Notes under the pieces: model-generated
Databases searched by the model: none
Told to the model about the DNA's origin: nothing
The model's input: only the letters and a program-made list of their open reading frames with translations
Made by a program: the position numbers and the translations under genes
Shown here: positions 18,704 through 28,809 of the stretch, in pieces
Layout of the letters: the number at the start of each line of letters is the position of its first letter
Numbering within the stretch: the stretch's first letter is position 1
Virus record (IMG/VR): IMGVR_UViG_3300024283_000010
Coordinates: 11,910-75,909 of that record
Source of the DNA: a virus
Lineage: Duplodnaviria; Caudoviricetes
Direction: 5' to 3' (one strand)
DNA: 64,000 nucleotides

Positions 18704-19450
18704 ATGAAAATTGATTATAATAAATATGTTAATTCTAAAATAGGGAACATTACAATACTTAGCGTTTATTATAAAGAATTTGCTAAAAATAAAGATAGCC
18801 TGACGCCCTATCTGGTTTGTGTATGTGATTGTGGTGTTCAATTTGAAAGATTAGCTTATGACTTCTTTGGAAAAAGGCAAAAGAAACGTGGATACAAATG
18901 CAAAAAATGCCAATTAGCAGATTTCCCAAAAATGCAACCTATTATTATTAATTATAAATCAGTAAAAGAAATGTTTTATTATGAAGATGGTCATTTATTT
19001 TGGACTGAAAAATATATTTCTTTTAAAAAAGACAAGAAAGCAAGTAGATTAAAGGCAGTTGGTAATGAAACGACAAAACGCAATTTTGTGATTATAAATA
19101 GAAATCATCATTTACAATCAAGGCTTATTTTCCTTTGGCATTATGGTTGGCTACCTAGAATGGTTGACCATGAGGATAGGGATGCTACAAATGATAGGAT
19201 TGAAAATCTAAGAGCGGCAACACCCGGTCAAAATAGTTATAACAAAGATGGCAAAAAAGGTAAAAGCTCTAAATTTAAAGGCGTTTCTAAAAGATCAAAA
19301 TACAATGATTTTGCAGCGGCAATTATGTTAAACAAGAAAAGTATTCATCTTGGTTATTTTAAAGATGAAGCAAAGGCTGCACTTGCCTATAATAAAGCAG
19401 CTGTTAGATTATTTGGAGAATTTGCTTTTTTAAATATTATAACAAGATGA
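18704..19450 (+). CDS. HNH homing endonuclease with C-terminal AP2 domain
   Basis: VDHEDRDATNDRIENLR (HNH); SSKFKGVS...AALAYNKAA...FGEFA (AP2). Confidence 0.88.
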   Translation: MKIDYNKYVNSKIGNITILSVYYKEFAKNKDSLTPYLVCVCDCGVQFERLAYDFFGKRQKKRGYKCKKCQLADFPKMQPIIINYKSVKEMFYYEDGHLFWTEKYISFKKDKKASRLKAVGNETTKRNFVIINRNHHLQSRLIFLWHYGWLPRMVDHEDRDATNDRIENLRAATPGQNSYNKDGKKGKSSKFKGVSKRSKYNDFAAAIMLNKKSIHLGYFKDEAKAALAYNKAAVRLFGEFAFLNIITR

Positions 19451-19626
19451 ACTTACTAAAATTATTGCATGAGTTAGAAATTGGTCATACCAGCGCTGCA
19501 CAGGCAGAGCAGCAAATAAGGGATAAGATTGAATACCTGAAAAGCATTGACAAGTATGATGATAGGTGGCGTAAGGCTATTGACCAACTTAAAATAGCTT
19601 TGGGATTGGCTGAAATTAAAAAATAA
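19447..19626 (+). CDS. Hypothetical helical protein (59 aa)
   Basis: MNLLKLLHELEIG..., ATGA overlap with HNH stop. Confidence 0.5.
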   Translation: MNLLKLLHELEIGHTSAAQAEQQIRDKIEYLKSIDKYDDRWRKAIDQLKIALGLAEIKK

Positions 19627-20254
19627 CAATCTGCCCTTTTTCACCCCACAGTTTAATTGCTCTCACATCCCAAACATAGCCATCATCCACGCCTGAACTA
19701 TCCATTAAGGCTTTGCAGAAGTTATCGACGTCCGGCCTTTGTTTATGAGGTTGATGCAGGTTAACCTCTATTTTATTTTTATTCCAGTATTTAGGCATGG
19801 GTACAATAAAGACCACACGAAGCGTTTCTGACAGTTTAAAGCCATTTTGCTGTGCTAACCATGTAAAGGTACGTTTAAAGGTAAAATAACGTGTTACAGC
19901 GGCTCTTTGACGCTTATTAGGGTCAATATGCTCCGGGTCAAGGAAGATAGCATCCCTACGGGTCATTCTTGGCGCAGGACAGGGGTTAATATCAAAGGAA
20001 TATTTAATCTTCACTAATTCACCATTCGGTAACTTAAACGATTCTTTAGTCTCCATAAAAATCATTCCTGTGTTGTTATAAACATCAAACATCTTTTGAG
20101 CATCCATACCCTGCTTGCCAAACATCATATCAGGTTCAATCTTTTCCACATCTTTAGGTTTAGCTACTAAAGAACTGGCTTTAACAAAGCCTTTATCTGT
20201 TTCTATTAAGCCTAACTTTTTGAGTTGTTCGGAAGAATATTGTACTCTGGACAT
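19616..20254 (-). CDS. rusA: RusA-like Holliday junction resolvase
   Basis: RPDVDNFCKALMDS..DDGYV catalytic Asp pattern. Confidence 0.8.
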   Translation of the reverse strand: MSRVQYSSEQLKKLGLIETDKGFVKASSLVAKPKDVEKIEPDMMFGKQGMDAQKMFDVYNNTGMIFMETKESFKLPNGELVKIKYSFDINPCPAPRMTRRDAIFLDPEHIDPNKRQRAAVTRYFTFKRTFTWLAQQNGFKLSETLRVVFIVPMPKYWNKNKIEVNLHQPHKQRPDVDNFCKALMDSSGVDDGYVWDVRAIKLWGEKGQIVIF

Positions 20255-20317
20255 AGTTTATCTATTTTAACTTTTAAATTAATCAATTAGGGAACATACA
20301 ATAGGGTTATTATAATA

Positions 20318-21232
20318 CTACCAATGAGGTGAATTATAGTAGTGACCCCTCGAAACTTTATAAAAAGGCTCAAAGTAAACACTATTTGCCCTTAAAAAAT
20401 AATAATCGCCTGTTTTCTTGTCGTAGCGTGCGTTATGCTTACCCTGTTGCTTATAGCTATTGTACTGATCGGGGCTTATACTCACCCTGTTTGATGTAAG
20501 GGTTAAACCAAAAGCTTTAAGCTGCTTTGCGAGTGTATAAGCATGGGAGATACTAATGCTGAGTAACCGGGCTATTTTACGGTACGAAAGTGTTACAAGT
20601 TCATTTATTTGTAAAGAGGATAAGTTAAGGCTGTCACAAGCACCACGCCCTTTATTCATGGTTGACAACTTATAACCTATGGCTCTCTTTTGTTGTTTGA
20701 TATTCTGTTTTAAAACGGCTAACTGGTAGAAAGGTGCAATATCACAAGCCTTTACCTCGGTGTAGTCACTGGCACGTTTTAAATGGTGTTCCTGTGACTT
20801 GCTGATTAACCGCAGGTGGTTGCCCTCGTAGAAGGCTAAATGGTACGATATAGCGCAGTTTAATAATTCTCTGAATCTTTTATCGGTGTAGCCGGAAAGT
20901 TGGCGTATAGCGTTCCTATTGGTTTTAAAATTAAGGATTATGGGATGGTGAACTAGTGAAGCTAACTTTTTGGCGAATAAGTACGCTTTGGCATAGTCAC
21001 TGCCGTAGCTGTGAACCTTGTTACAAACCTTTTCGCTTAAACTTACAAATCCTTTCATTATGGCACAATAAAAAACGCACCAAGCAGGCATATTGGGTAG
21101 CTGGCCTGAACTCGATGCGTAATGATTATTGTGTGTAAACTTAAGTTCCTGTTCGAAGCCGCTACCCCTAGCCACTTTTAACATCACAAAGGTAATATTA
21201 TTGATATGACTTTTCAAAATTTTATTCATCAT
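20318..21232 (-). CDS. Putative DNA-binding protein with HTH elements
   Basis: LSYRKIARLLSISISHAYTLAKQL HTH-like segment; 304 aa. Confidence 0.5.
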   Translation of the reverse strand: MMNKILKSHINNITFVMLKVARGSGFEQELKFTHNNHYASSSGQLPNMPAWCVFYCAIMKGFVSLSEKVCNKVHSYGSDYAKAYLFAKKLASLVHHPIILNFKTNRNAIRQLSGYTDKRFRELLNCAISYHLAFYEGNHLRLISKSQEHHLKRASDYTEVKACDIAPFYQLAVLKQNIKQQKRAIGYKLSTMNKGRGACDSLNLSSLQINELVTLSYRKIARLLSISISHAYTLAKQLKAFGLTLTSNRVSISPDQYNSYKQQGKHNARYDKKTGDYYFLRANSVYFEPFYKVSRGHYYNSPHW

Positions 21233-21615
21233 TCCATCGTCTGAAAGCCTGCTTAATATTTTTCTTATAGTTTATAGCTACTTTTTTAGTGCCTTTACGG
21301 TTACGCCAGTAGTTATTAGCCCACGTTTCAATAAAATCAGAATGTATCCACTTACCTGATTTAGTGTTCAGATACCACTTCGGACTTTTTTGCACTATGT
21401 GGTCTGGTAGTTCCACGATCTTTTCCTAATTTTTCAAAAACCCTGTTATAAGCTTCAAATCTTTTGTTCTTACTATAGTCAGGTACGCCTGCTAACTTTT
21501 GTAAAAAACTTATATCTATTGTCTCAGGTTCAGTATCCCGGTAGCTATAAGCTAACCAAAGGGCGTAGGTGTCGCTGTTATATTCTTTCAACGGACACGT
21601 TCTATTTGATTCCAT
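21222..21615 (-). CDS. Two small hypothetical ORFs (21222-21416, 21361-21615)
   Basis: ORF track, co-oriented. Confidence 0.4.
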
Positions 21616-22020
21616 TTAATACCCCTTCGCCAAAAATTAATCAGATGTTTAGGGTTGTCATCAAACTTTGGCGGGTTAAGGGTTAATTTCCCCTTCTCAC
21701 CATATCGGGTTGATTCCGTTACTTCCGGGGCAACGTATGCTTTCTTGAGTAAATTTGATTTCATAATTCCTTAATTTGAAATTCGTTTTTAATCATTTGC
21801 AGGCAATAATTATATGCTTCTACTTCGCCATCCAAATGATTTTTTTCTTCAATATCTTCGCGCCTGCACTTTTTACGTTCGCCTCGTCTCTTGCTTCCGT
21901 TATAAGGCGTTTAACTGCTTCTATATCGTTCATAATGTTTGTTTTTTAAAATAGTACCCGCTAAACTCGCTCTAACGGGTACTCCTACTAAACTACTGTT
22001 AACTACTTGAGAAATAGTTG

Positions 22021-22184
22021 TGGGAAGAGTCAGACTCGAACTGACAACCTCACGTTAAGGCTCTTTTTCGTTTATATGCGTGTGCAACGGTCGCCCCTTC
22101 TTCTATCACACACTCTTTAGGGGCTACGTTATCCCAACGGAAACATACAAACTAAGCGTCTACCTATTTTTTCGCCATCTTCCC
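22021..22184 (-). tRNA. tRNA-like RNA (type II, Leu-like body) with anticodon arm replaced by a long structured insert
   Basis: Acceptor GGGAAGA/TCTTCCC+A; D-arm GCG..GGTAGACGC; T-arm GTCAG-TTCGAGT-CTGAC; variable arm GCCT/AGGT; no 7-nt anticodon loop. Confidence 0.75.
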
Positions 22185-22276
22185 AATACCGGAGAGCGCA
22201 ACCTGAACCGGTGTTCCCTAAGAACAATTTTTCACACATTTTAAATTATGATTAATTGATACGCGCTCTTTTGTCT

Positions 22277-22807
22277 TCATTTCAGAGTAATTTTATACCC
22301 TGCTGTTTGTGTCTTAACTGGTGGATAAGCCGTGTACATTTCCCCCGTATCTGTGTCTACCAGTGTTGCTGATCCGTTAATTGCTTTTAAAAAGTTTTGC
22401 CTGTCTTTAACTGCCGCATTGGCTTTATCAGCTTCGGCTTGCAACCTGTCTAAAATCGAATCTTTACAAACTGAGAAATCATATTTCGTCCCAAGTGCCG
22501 CCGGTTCAATTTCAGCCCCGTAAATGGTATGCTTTTCGTATTGCTTGCCATAAACATAGTGCTTGCAGTTATTTTCAATGATGGTAAACAATTCTAAGCC
22601 TTTCTTGGCTAGTATTAAAAGCCTTAAAGCATCATCTGTCCCCTCTGCGACTCCTTGTATGGTTGCATGGGCTAAATCGCTTATATCGCTTTTATTTAGC
22701 TCTAATAGCTTTTGCGTATTAAATGGCATTAGCGATGTTGTCCCGGTGGCTTCTGTTTCCCGTTGTTCCTGTTGCATTTCCATGAATGCTTCTTTTACTT
22801 TGCCCAT
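22277..22807 (-). CDS. Phage hypothetical protein (recombination region)
   Basis: 176 aa next to SSB-like gene. Confidence 0.6.
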   Translation of the reverse strand: MGKVKEAFMEMQQEQRETEATGTTSLMPFNTQKLLELNKSDISDLAHATIQGVAEGTDDALRLLILAKKGLELFTIIENNCKHYVYGKQYEKHTIYGAEIEPAALGTKYDFSVCKDSILDRLQAEADKANAAVKDRQNFLKAINGSATLVDTDTGEMYTAYPPVKTQTAGYKITLK

Positions 22808-22818
22808 TGTTTTAGTGG

Positions 22819-23052
22819 TTATGATTTAATTTTTATGTTCGGATTATTCGTTTCAATTACTACCGGGAAGTTATAGGTTAACTGCTCTTTGTGGCCTGCT
22901 TTTTGAATTGCGCAAAAGTTACCTAAACTCTCATTGTAGTAAAAATCATTTAAGGCAATCGGTTTTTGTTCCAGTTTATAATAATACTCCGGTTCTCCTT
23001 CCGATTGCCTGAATGTGACCATTTTAAAAGGGAATATCGCTTTCCGGCTCAT
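22819..23052 (-). CDS. Hypothetical protein
   Basis: 77-aa ORF. Confidence 0.45.
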   Translation of the reverse strand: MSRKAIFPFKMVTFRQSEGEPEYYYKLEQKPIALNDFYYNESLGNFCAIQKAGHKEQLTYNFPVVIETNNPNIKIKS

Positions 23053-23605
23053 CTACTGCATCAAATTCATCCGGCAATCCATCAGCCCTATGTGATACTG
23101 GTGTACTGGGTGCTTTAAATGGATCGTCGTTTGTAAATAATGCCTGTAGGTTTATCGGAGTTGCCGCTAATAGTTCAGTTATTTTTGGATGTACTGGCTT
23201 TGGCGGCGAAGGCACAACGGTGTATTTTGTGTCTGCCTTAGTTGAACCTGTTTTAGTTACGGTAATGTCGTAGCCAAACGGGTCACCCCAATCCTCATTG
23301 CTTGCCAATGCTTTAATAGAGCCTTGCACGCCCAATTGCGTAATTTGAAGGATACTGATCTTTTTGGCTACGTAATCCCAAACTACCATAGCCCAAAAGT
23401 GTTTAATGTCCTGTTTCGGGTCAATTGGCGCGGAAGGCTTTTTATCCATAGTGAAGCGGATAGGTTTGCCGTCTTTCCAATCTTCCCACCCAATAATAGG
23501 TTTTGATAAGATACGAAACTTGTTTTCTCCGGTCTTGAATTTTAAGTAGCTACTGTCGCCTTTAGGTACGGTGTAATCCGCAGGCAGAAATGCATCTGTT
23601 GACAT
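23024..23605 (-). CDS. Phage single-stranded DNA-binding protein
   Basis: YLKFKTGENKFRIL...HFWAMVVWDY core and acidic tail ending ESDIPF. Confidence 0.7.
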   Translation of the reverse strand: MSTDAFLPADYTVPKGDSSYLKFKTGENKFRILSKPIIGWEDWKDGKPIRFTMDKKPSAPIDPKQDIKHFWAMVVWDYVAKKISILQITQLGVQGSIKALASNEDWGDPFGYDITVTKTGSTKADTKYTVVPSPPKPVHPKITELLAATPINLQALFTNDDPFKAPSTPVSHRADGLPDEFDAVDEPESDIPF

Positions 23606-23623
23606 GGTTTTTAAATTTAATTG

Positions 23624-24202
23624 TTAATGATTATTTATTTTTACATTCTTCCAAGTTCTTCCTTGTGATATTGTCGCTATCAATTGTTTTGAAATTCCGA
23701 ATATAGTTGCTATTCTTTTGTACGAATATTTTGCGTTAAGCATTAGTTTTATATGATAAACATCGTATTCATTTAGTTTACTGTTACCGTTATTAGAGCC
23801 TGATTGGTTTGGCATAAGACCCATACGCGAAGCATGTTCCATATTTTGTTTATGGGTAACCCATTCTAAATTCCAATCATTATTATTAGTTTTATCGCCA
23901 TCATTATGATTAACTTCAGGTAGATTTAATGGATTAGGAATAAAATGAGTAGCTACTAAAACATGCACGCGCAAGTGTTTTCCATTAATATTAACATATG
24001 GATACCCATCAAAACTAAGCCATCCTTTTAGGATTTTCTCATTATTATGAATTGGGACATGGCTCATAAATTTAATATTTCTGATAACCCTATTACCAAT
24101 ACAGCTTTTTACCCGGCCTTTATTACTTACTTGGTATGAATTATCGCCTTCGATAATATTATCCCACATCTCTAATGTGTCTAAATCTAACTTAGCTTGC
24201 AT
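23624..24202 (-). CDS. NUMOD4-HNH homing endonuclease
   Basis: YQVSNKGRVKS (NUMOD4); VHVLVATHFIPNP..LPEVNHNDGDKTNN..NLEW (HNH); start set at MQAKL. Confidence 0.88.
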   Translation of the reverse strand: MQAKLDLDTLEMWDNIIEGDNSYQVSNKGRVKSCIGNRVIRNIKFMSHVPIHNNEKILKGWLSFDGYPYVNINGKHLRVHVLVATHFIPNPLNLPEVNHNDGDKTNNNDWNLEWVTHKQNMEHASRMGLMPNQSGSNNGNSKLNEYDVYHIKLMLNAKYSYKRIATIFGISKQLIATISQGRTWKNVKINNH

Positions 24203-24209
24203 GGTTAAT

Positions 24210-24431
24210 TTACGGTGTAACGAGGGTACAATCATGCCCGCAGAAAGAGCAGTAGGTTTGAAAACCTTCTGAATAAGTATCAGAGCCGCAACAATCGCTC
24301 TTACTGTGTGCCTCACTGAAAGAGATGTTAAAGGCGTCTTCCTGTTTTAATCCTGCGCCAACTAATTGAGCGTGGGCAAATACTTTGGTGAGTTGATCGT
24401 TTAATAGTTGATTGTGGGTTAACGGTTTCAT
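24210..24431 (-). CDS. Small Cys-rich protein
   Basis: SDCCGS...CSFCGHDC. Confidence 0.5.
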   Translation of the reverse strand: MKPLTHNQLLNDQLTKVFAHAQLVGAGLKQEDAFNISFSEAHSKSDCCGSDTYSEGFQTYCSFCGHDCTLVTP

Positions 24432-24666
24432 GGTGGTTTTTGGTTTTAAATTTCGTTAAGATAATCGTACCCGTTTTCTAATTTTTCTAAAGCGTCTTCT
24501 AATTCAGTTTCCGCATCAGATAAAGCCGGATAATTATCATCTAAAGGATTCGTTGCGTTTACATGCTCTGAAATTTCATCTTTCAGGTTTTTAATCTTTC
24601 CTGTTAAAGTGTCTAATCGCTCATGATTTGGTGTACAGGTCGTGGTTTCATGTGGTTATGGTTTAA

Positions 24667-24882
24667 TTAATTTATAAAATCGTCTATAGGTCTACCGAGC
24701 CATTTACAAACCTTTACTAAATTATCTAATTCAGTCGGTTTAAAGTTTAGTATACGGGACAAAGTAGCTTTACTTAATCCCATTTGTTCAGCGAAATAAG
24801 TATCTGAAAACTTCTTTTTTTCTTCTGCCATAATGGTAAACATTTTATCTCTTATGGCCTGTACAATTAATTCCTTATTCAT
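24667..24882 (-). CDS. XRE-family HTH regulator
   Basis: FAEQMGLSKATLSRILN...LVKVCKWL; upstream TATATTTG on minus strand. Confidence 0.8.
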   Translation of the reverse strand: MNKELIVQAIRDKMFTIMAEEKKKFSDTYFAEQMGLSKATLSRILNFKPTELDNLVKVCKWLGRPIDDFIN

Positions 24883-25092
24883 ACAATCAAATATACAAAG
24901 TATTTTCAGTAAAACAAATATTTCACGTATTATTTTTCTTCACTCTTAAAACAGATCGACCGCTGCACTATAAACCTGTCATTTAATAATTCCTCTAAAC
25001 GGTTCGCAAACGCAAAAAGTTCAGTGAACTTCTGAGTATAGGTATTCCCTGTCATACTCATGTAGGTGATATAATGGGTCATGGCTGATATA

Positions 25093-25353
25093 TTAGATAA
25101 GTTTTAAATTAGGGTTTAACTTTAATAACCGTTCGGTTTCTTCTTCCCATTCTTTAAGATATTTAGCTAATTTTTCTTCTTTGCCTTTCTCGAACCATGA
25201 TCCCCCTAACCATGGAAATATTCTACGTTCATTATCATTCAGGCAACTAAATGTTTTGCCTACCATTCTGTTTTTTGTTTGGAGTTTTTGAACTCTTATT
25301 TGTCGGTGGTGTTTCATATTATCTAACTGGTTTGTAATCGCAGCTATCCCCAA
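25093..25353 (-). CDS. Hypothetical protein
   Basis: 86-aa ORF. Confidence 0.45.
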   Translation of the reverse strand: MGIAAITNQLDNMKHHRQIRVQKLQTKNRMVGKTFSCLNDNERRIFPWLGGSWFEKGKEEKLAKYLKEWEEETERLLKLNPNLKLI

Positions 25354-25505
25354 ACCGGGATTTAAGGATAGCTATGTTAGTGTTACTGTCTAATAGTTTG
25401 CCGGTGTATTTACTGATAGCGTTCCAGTAAAGTATTTTAGATGTTTTACGCTCCTTAAGTCCGACTATATGAGCGTAGGTATCCATTTTCGTCTTCACGG
25501 TATCT

Positions 25506-25904
25506 TTATTTATCAGTTAAACAGTAGTCCACATTTTTATGACCTTCCTTTACAACTACATCGGTCAGCTCATTTTTAGGGCTGTAAAAGAGAACACATT
25601 TTAGTGCCTTCAGTAAGCCTTTCTTTGTCTCGGTGATACAGACATATTCCACAGCATAAAATCCTTCATCCTGCGGCTCATCAGAGCCTTTAGAAACGAT
25701 TTGATAATACTTTGGTTGAGGTGCTTCTTTATCAATGGTAATTGTCTTGCTGTTTATGTCTACAGTACCACCTTCGTATTTAATAGTTTTACTGCTGATC
25801 GCTTCGCCTTTAAAGTGGCTTGTCTCGATCTTGACATATTGTTTAGTTTGTGCCTGTACTGTGGTTACAAGAAACAAGGCACTGATTAGGATTAATTTTT
25901 TCAT
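25506..25904 (-). CDS. Exported protein with signal peptide
   Basis: MKKLILISALFLVTTVQAQ. Confidence 0.6.
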   Translation of the reverse strand: MKKLILISALFLVTTVQAQTKQYVKIETSHFKGEAISSKTIKYEGGTVDINSKTITIDKEAPQPKYYQIVSKGSDEPQDEGFYAVEYVCITETKKGLLKALKCVLFYSPKNELTDVVVKEGHKNVDYCLTDK

Positions 25905-26025
25905 TGTGGTTATTTTTTTAGTGGTTAATTAAGCCAGTGATAAAACACTGTATTGTTAATGATAAAACATTGATATTGGTAGCGCACGCCAAATGCGTAG
26001 TGGCTGCGTGTTTGTGGTGCTGAGG

Positions 26026-26289
26026 TCATGATGCTATCTCCTTAGCTATAAAATTACGTGCTTTCGTAAGTTGGGTAATAGCATAATCTATATCAGTAAT
26101 ACATGAATCAAAATCACTTTCTTCTGGTCGGTACTTGCCATATAGATTATTATTAAAGGTGTTTACTATTATAGCACTTAACGGGTCAGTGTTAGCATCA
26201 AATTTATCTCTCAATACTTCATTGCATATTTTATCAATGGCAGTTTGGCCCATATCCTGAGTTTTTAAAATATTTTCTAACGTTATCAT
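26026..26289 (-). CDS. Hypothetical protein
   Basis: 87-aa ORF. Confidence 0.5.
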   Translation of the reverse strand: MITLENILKTQDMGQTAIDKICNEVLRDKFDANTDPLSAIIVNTFNNNLYGKYRPEESDFDSCITDIDYAITQLTKARNFIAKEIAS

Positions 26290-26542
26290 TTTACTCTTTC
26301 CTTTCCAAGTTTAAACAGGTTAAACATATCTTCTAATTCTTTAGACCAGTTCACTTTAGAACTGATAACGGCTAAACTCACTATGAGTATAAAGCCTAAA
26401 ATGTAATAAGATAAATACATGGTCATTAATTTTTAATTGAGAGACATTTCTCACCGCCTAATCCCCGAACCATGAATTAACATAGTGTCGGGGCTGGCGG
26501 TTGCTACTGGGGAATGACCAGTAACCCGGTAGTTAGTTCAGA

Positions 26543-26869
26543 TTAGTTCATAAATTCGAGCATCATTTTGTTTAGTGCCTTATAATCAAGCCTTGTGCCG
26601 TTGAATTTAATACCATCTGGTGTATTGGTATCTTCCAAGCCTGACCAGCGTATAAAACCCATATATGTTGGTCTTTTTGACTTGCTTAAATATTCAACAG
26701 CGCTCATATAAAGCCCTTCGTCATTGTTAATCCAAAGGGCTACATTCCAAGTTTGGTAGTTTTTCCATCCTTGATAAGTTTCACGGATTGGCTTAGTTTG
26801 AAACGGTACAGTGTTTAACACTTCGTTTGTTTCGTGGTTAATGGTTGTTGTTTTCATGTTTTTGGTCAT
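26543..26869 (-). CDS. Conserved-looking phage early protein
   Basis: YQGWKNYQTWNVALWINNDEGLY motif recalled from many phage proteins. Confidence 0.6.
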   Translation of the reverse strand: MTKNMKTTTINHETNEVLNTVPFQTKPIRETYQGWKNYQTWNVALWINNDEGLYMSAVEYLSKSKRPTYMGFIRWSGLEDTNTPDGIKFNGTRLDYKALNKMMLEFMN

Positions 26870-27032
26870 TATTAAAATAGGTGGTGAAATTGGGTTAGTT
26901 TAAATATACGGTAAAGCGTATTGAATGTGCAAAGTAGTATACCGTGTATGTTTCGGTACTATCTCCCCAATACTGAACTGTTGTTTTTGTTGAATTTTTC
27001 ATAACTGGTCATTATTTAATATTTGTTTTACG

Positions 27033-27251
27033 TTATTGGTTACTTAATTGTTTCAGTCTTTCTGTTAAGGCTTCGCACTGTTGCCAAAGGTCTAAATAGC
27101 TGATACCCTTTTGTCCCATTGCTTCTAAGTTGCGCTCTATGAAGTTCTTTACACTCCTGTCTTCCTTCAGTGCCATTGCGTTAATAGCTTTAACTCCTGA
27201 TTCTGTTATGTCTATGTTTTTTCTCATAATCTTATTGTCTTTTACCGGCAA
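27033..27251 (-). CDS. Ribbon-helix-helix DNA-binding protein
   Basis: KNIDITESGVKAINAMALKEDRSVKNFIERNL. Confidence 0.6.
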   Translation of the reverse strand: MPVKDNKIMRKNIDITESGVKAINAMALKEDRSVKNFIERNLEAMGQKGISYLDLWQQCEALTERLKQLSNQ

Positions 27252-27304
27252 ATCCGCATGCCTTGTGAGCTATGCGGTGCCGGACTGCTAAGACTTAGCA
27301 GAAC

Positions 27305-27589
27305 TTATACAGTTTCTTTTTGTGATTTAATATATTCAAATCCCTTGTTAAAAATAACATTAGCTATTTTATCAGAACAAAATATCTTACATTCTGGGCC
27401 ATAATAAAATGCACTTGATCCGATTGCGTATGATATTGTAAGAGGCATTTTATATATAACATCATTTTCAATAGATGAAAAAGCTAATTTAGCGCATTGT
27501 TCATTCGTTAATGATGATAGAAAGCTATCTACTATAATTTTAGCTTCCATTGCATTAGTTGCGGTGTTGTTTGAGATTAAAGTTTTCAT
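27305..27589 (-). CDS. Hypothetical protein, first gene of leftward early run
   Basis: 94-aa ORF. Confidence 0.5.
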   Translation of the reverse strand: MKTLISNNTATNAMEAKIIVDSFLSSLTNEQCAKLAFSSIENDVIYKMPLTISYAIGSSAFYYGPECKIFCSDKIANVIFNKGFEYIKSQKETV

Positions 27590-27986
27590 TTTTGCTAAGT
27601 TTTAATATTTGTACGTTTGATTATGTATATACAATAAGTGTGCCAAATAGGTATACGTTATGTATAGGCACTTTTACTACTCAACTGGGGAATTAAAGTG
27701 TGGAATAATATACACAAATTGGGTAAAATATATACCACACCCAAATGGCAATTTCCCCAAATCACTTACCAGGTAACATGCTTTATTGTAAAATACTTTA
27801 TAAATTAAATGATAATATAGTCCACTTTATCAATATATCGGTTATTTATGTAAGTGTTTAGTTATGTTTTATAACACACAAATAGAGTTTACATCATTAT
27901 TAGGGAGAGTTTTATTATGTAAGCGTTTATTTACCTTTTAATTCCCTTTAAGATATTATCACTGTTTACCGGTGTGGTTTACCCCT

Positions 27987-28328
27987 CTAAAGAAGCTCTA
28001 AAAGGGCTTTTTTACCTTTTGGAGTAATGGAGTAAACGGTGTAAACTCTGAACTTATTAATAGCTGTAACGAAGTAGGATTTACCATGTTCATAGATTAG
28101 ACCAAGCTCTAAAAGCCTATTAATACTCTTATTAATTGTAAGATCATTAGTGCAATAAATTTTCTTTAAGGAGAACTTGGTATTGGCAGGATATACATTG
28201 ATAACAACTAAAAGCCTGAAGGCTATAAAGGGCCTTACAAGTTTATTATCAGGGATATATTTTCTTATGCTATTAGTGGGAGTATTGAAGAAGTCAGTTA
28301 TTACCTGTGACTTATGGTCAACTGTCAT
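27987..28328 (-). CDS. Winged-helix protein
   Basis: SINRLLELGLIYE...YSITPKGKKAL. Confidence 0.55.
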   Translation of the reverse strand: MTVDHKSQVITDFFNTPTNSIRKYIPDNKLVRPFIAFRLLVVINVYPANTKFSLKKIYCTNDLTINKSINRLLELGLIYEHGKSYFVTAINKFRVYTVYSITPKGKKALLELL

Positions 28329-28721
28329 AATAAAATAGCTTTGTTACCAACAATAGTAAAGAAAAAACTTTAAACTTTTATCACAGTACCTTTTTAAATT
28401 TATTTGAGGGTACCCGGTTATAGTGATTGCACTTTTGTACCGCGAAGCGGGGAGGGGTGTTTGTGGGTGCTAACCCATACTAATAACAGTATGAAACTTT
28501 TAATAATAAGCAGGTATACCCCTTACTAATAACAATGTAACTTGTTATAAACTAAGTAACACTTGTAATAAATTTAATGGTGTTATACCGAGTTAAAATG
28601 TTACTGATAAAAGGCGTAATAGAATGGTAAATACATGCCCCTGAAACCTATTAGGGTAAAATACTTTAAAAAAGTGGGTTTAAAGTGACGCTAAGGCTTA
28701 TTATTGATTTTTTCAGGGTAC

Positions 28722-28780
28722 AGACGTTCCACTTATTATGGAAAGACGTTCCATGTTATTAGTAATTATTTTTACATTTG
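28722..28780 (+). promoter_or_regulatory. Direct repeat pair and -7 promoter upstream of RepL-like gene
   Basis: AGACGTTCCA at 28722 and 28744 (22-bp spacing); TACATTTG at 28773. Confidence 0.55.
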
Positions 28781-28809
28781 TTTGGTAGTTTAAATTACAT
28801 TATTTAGAT

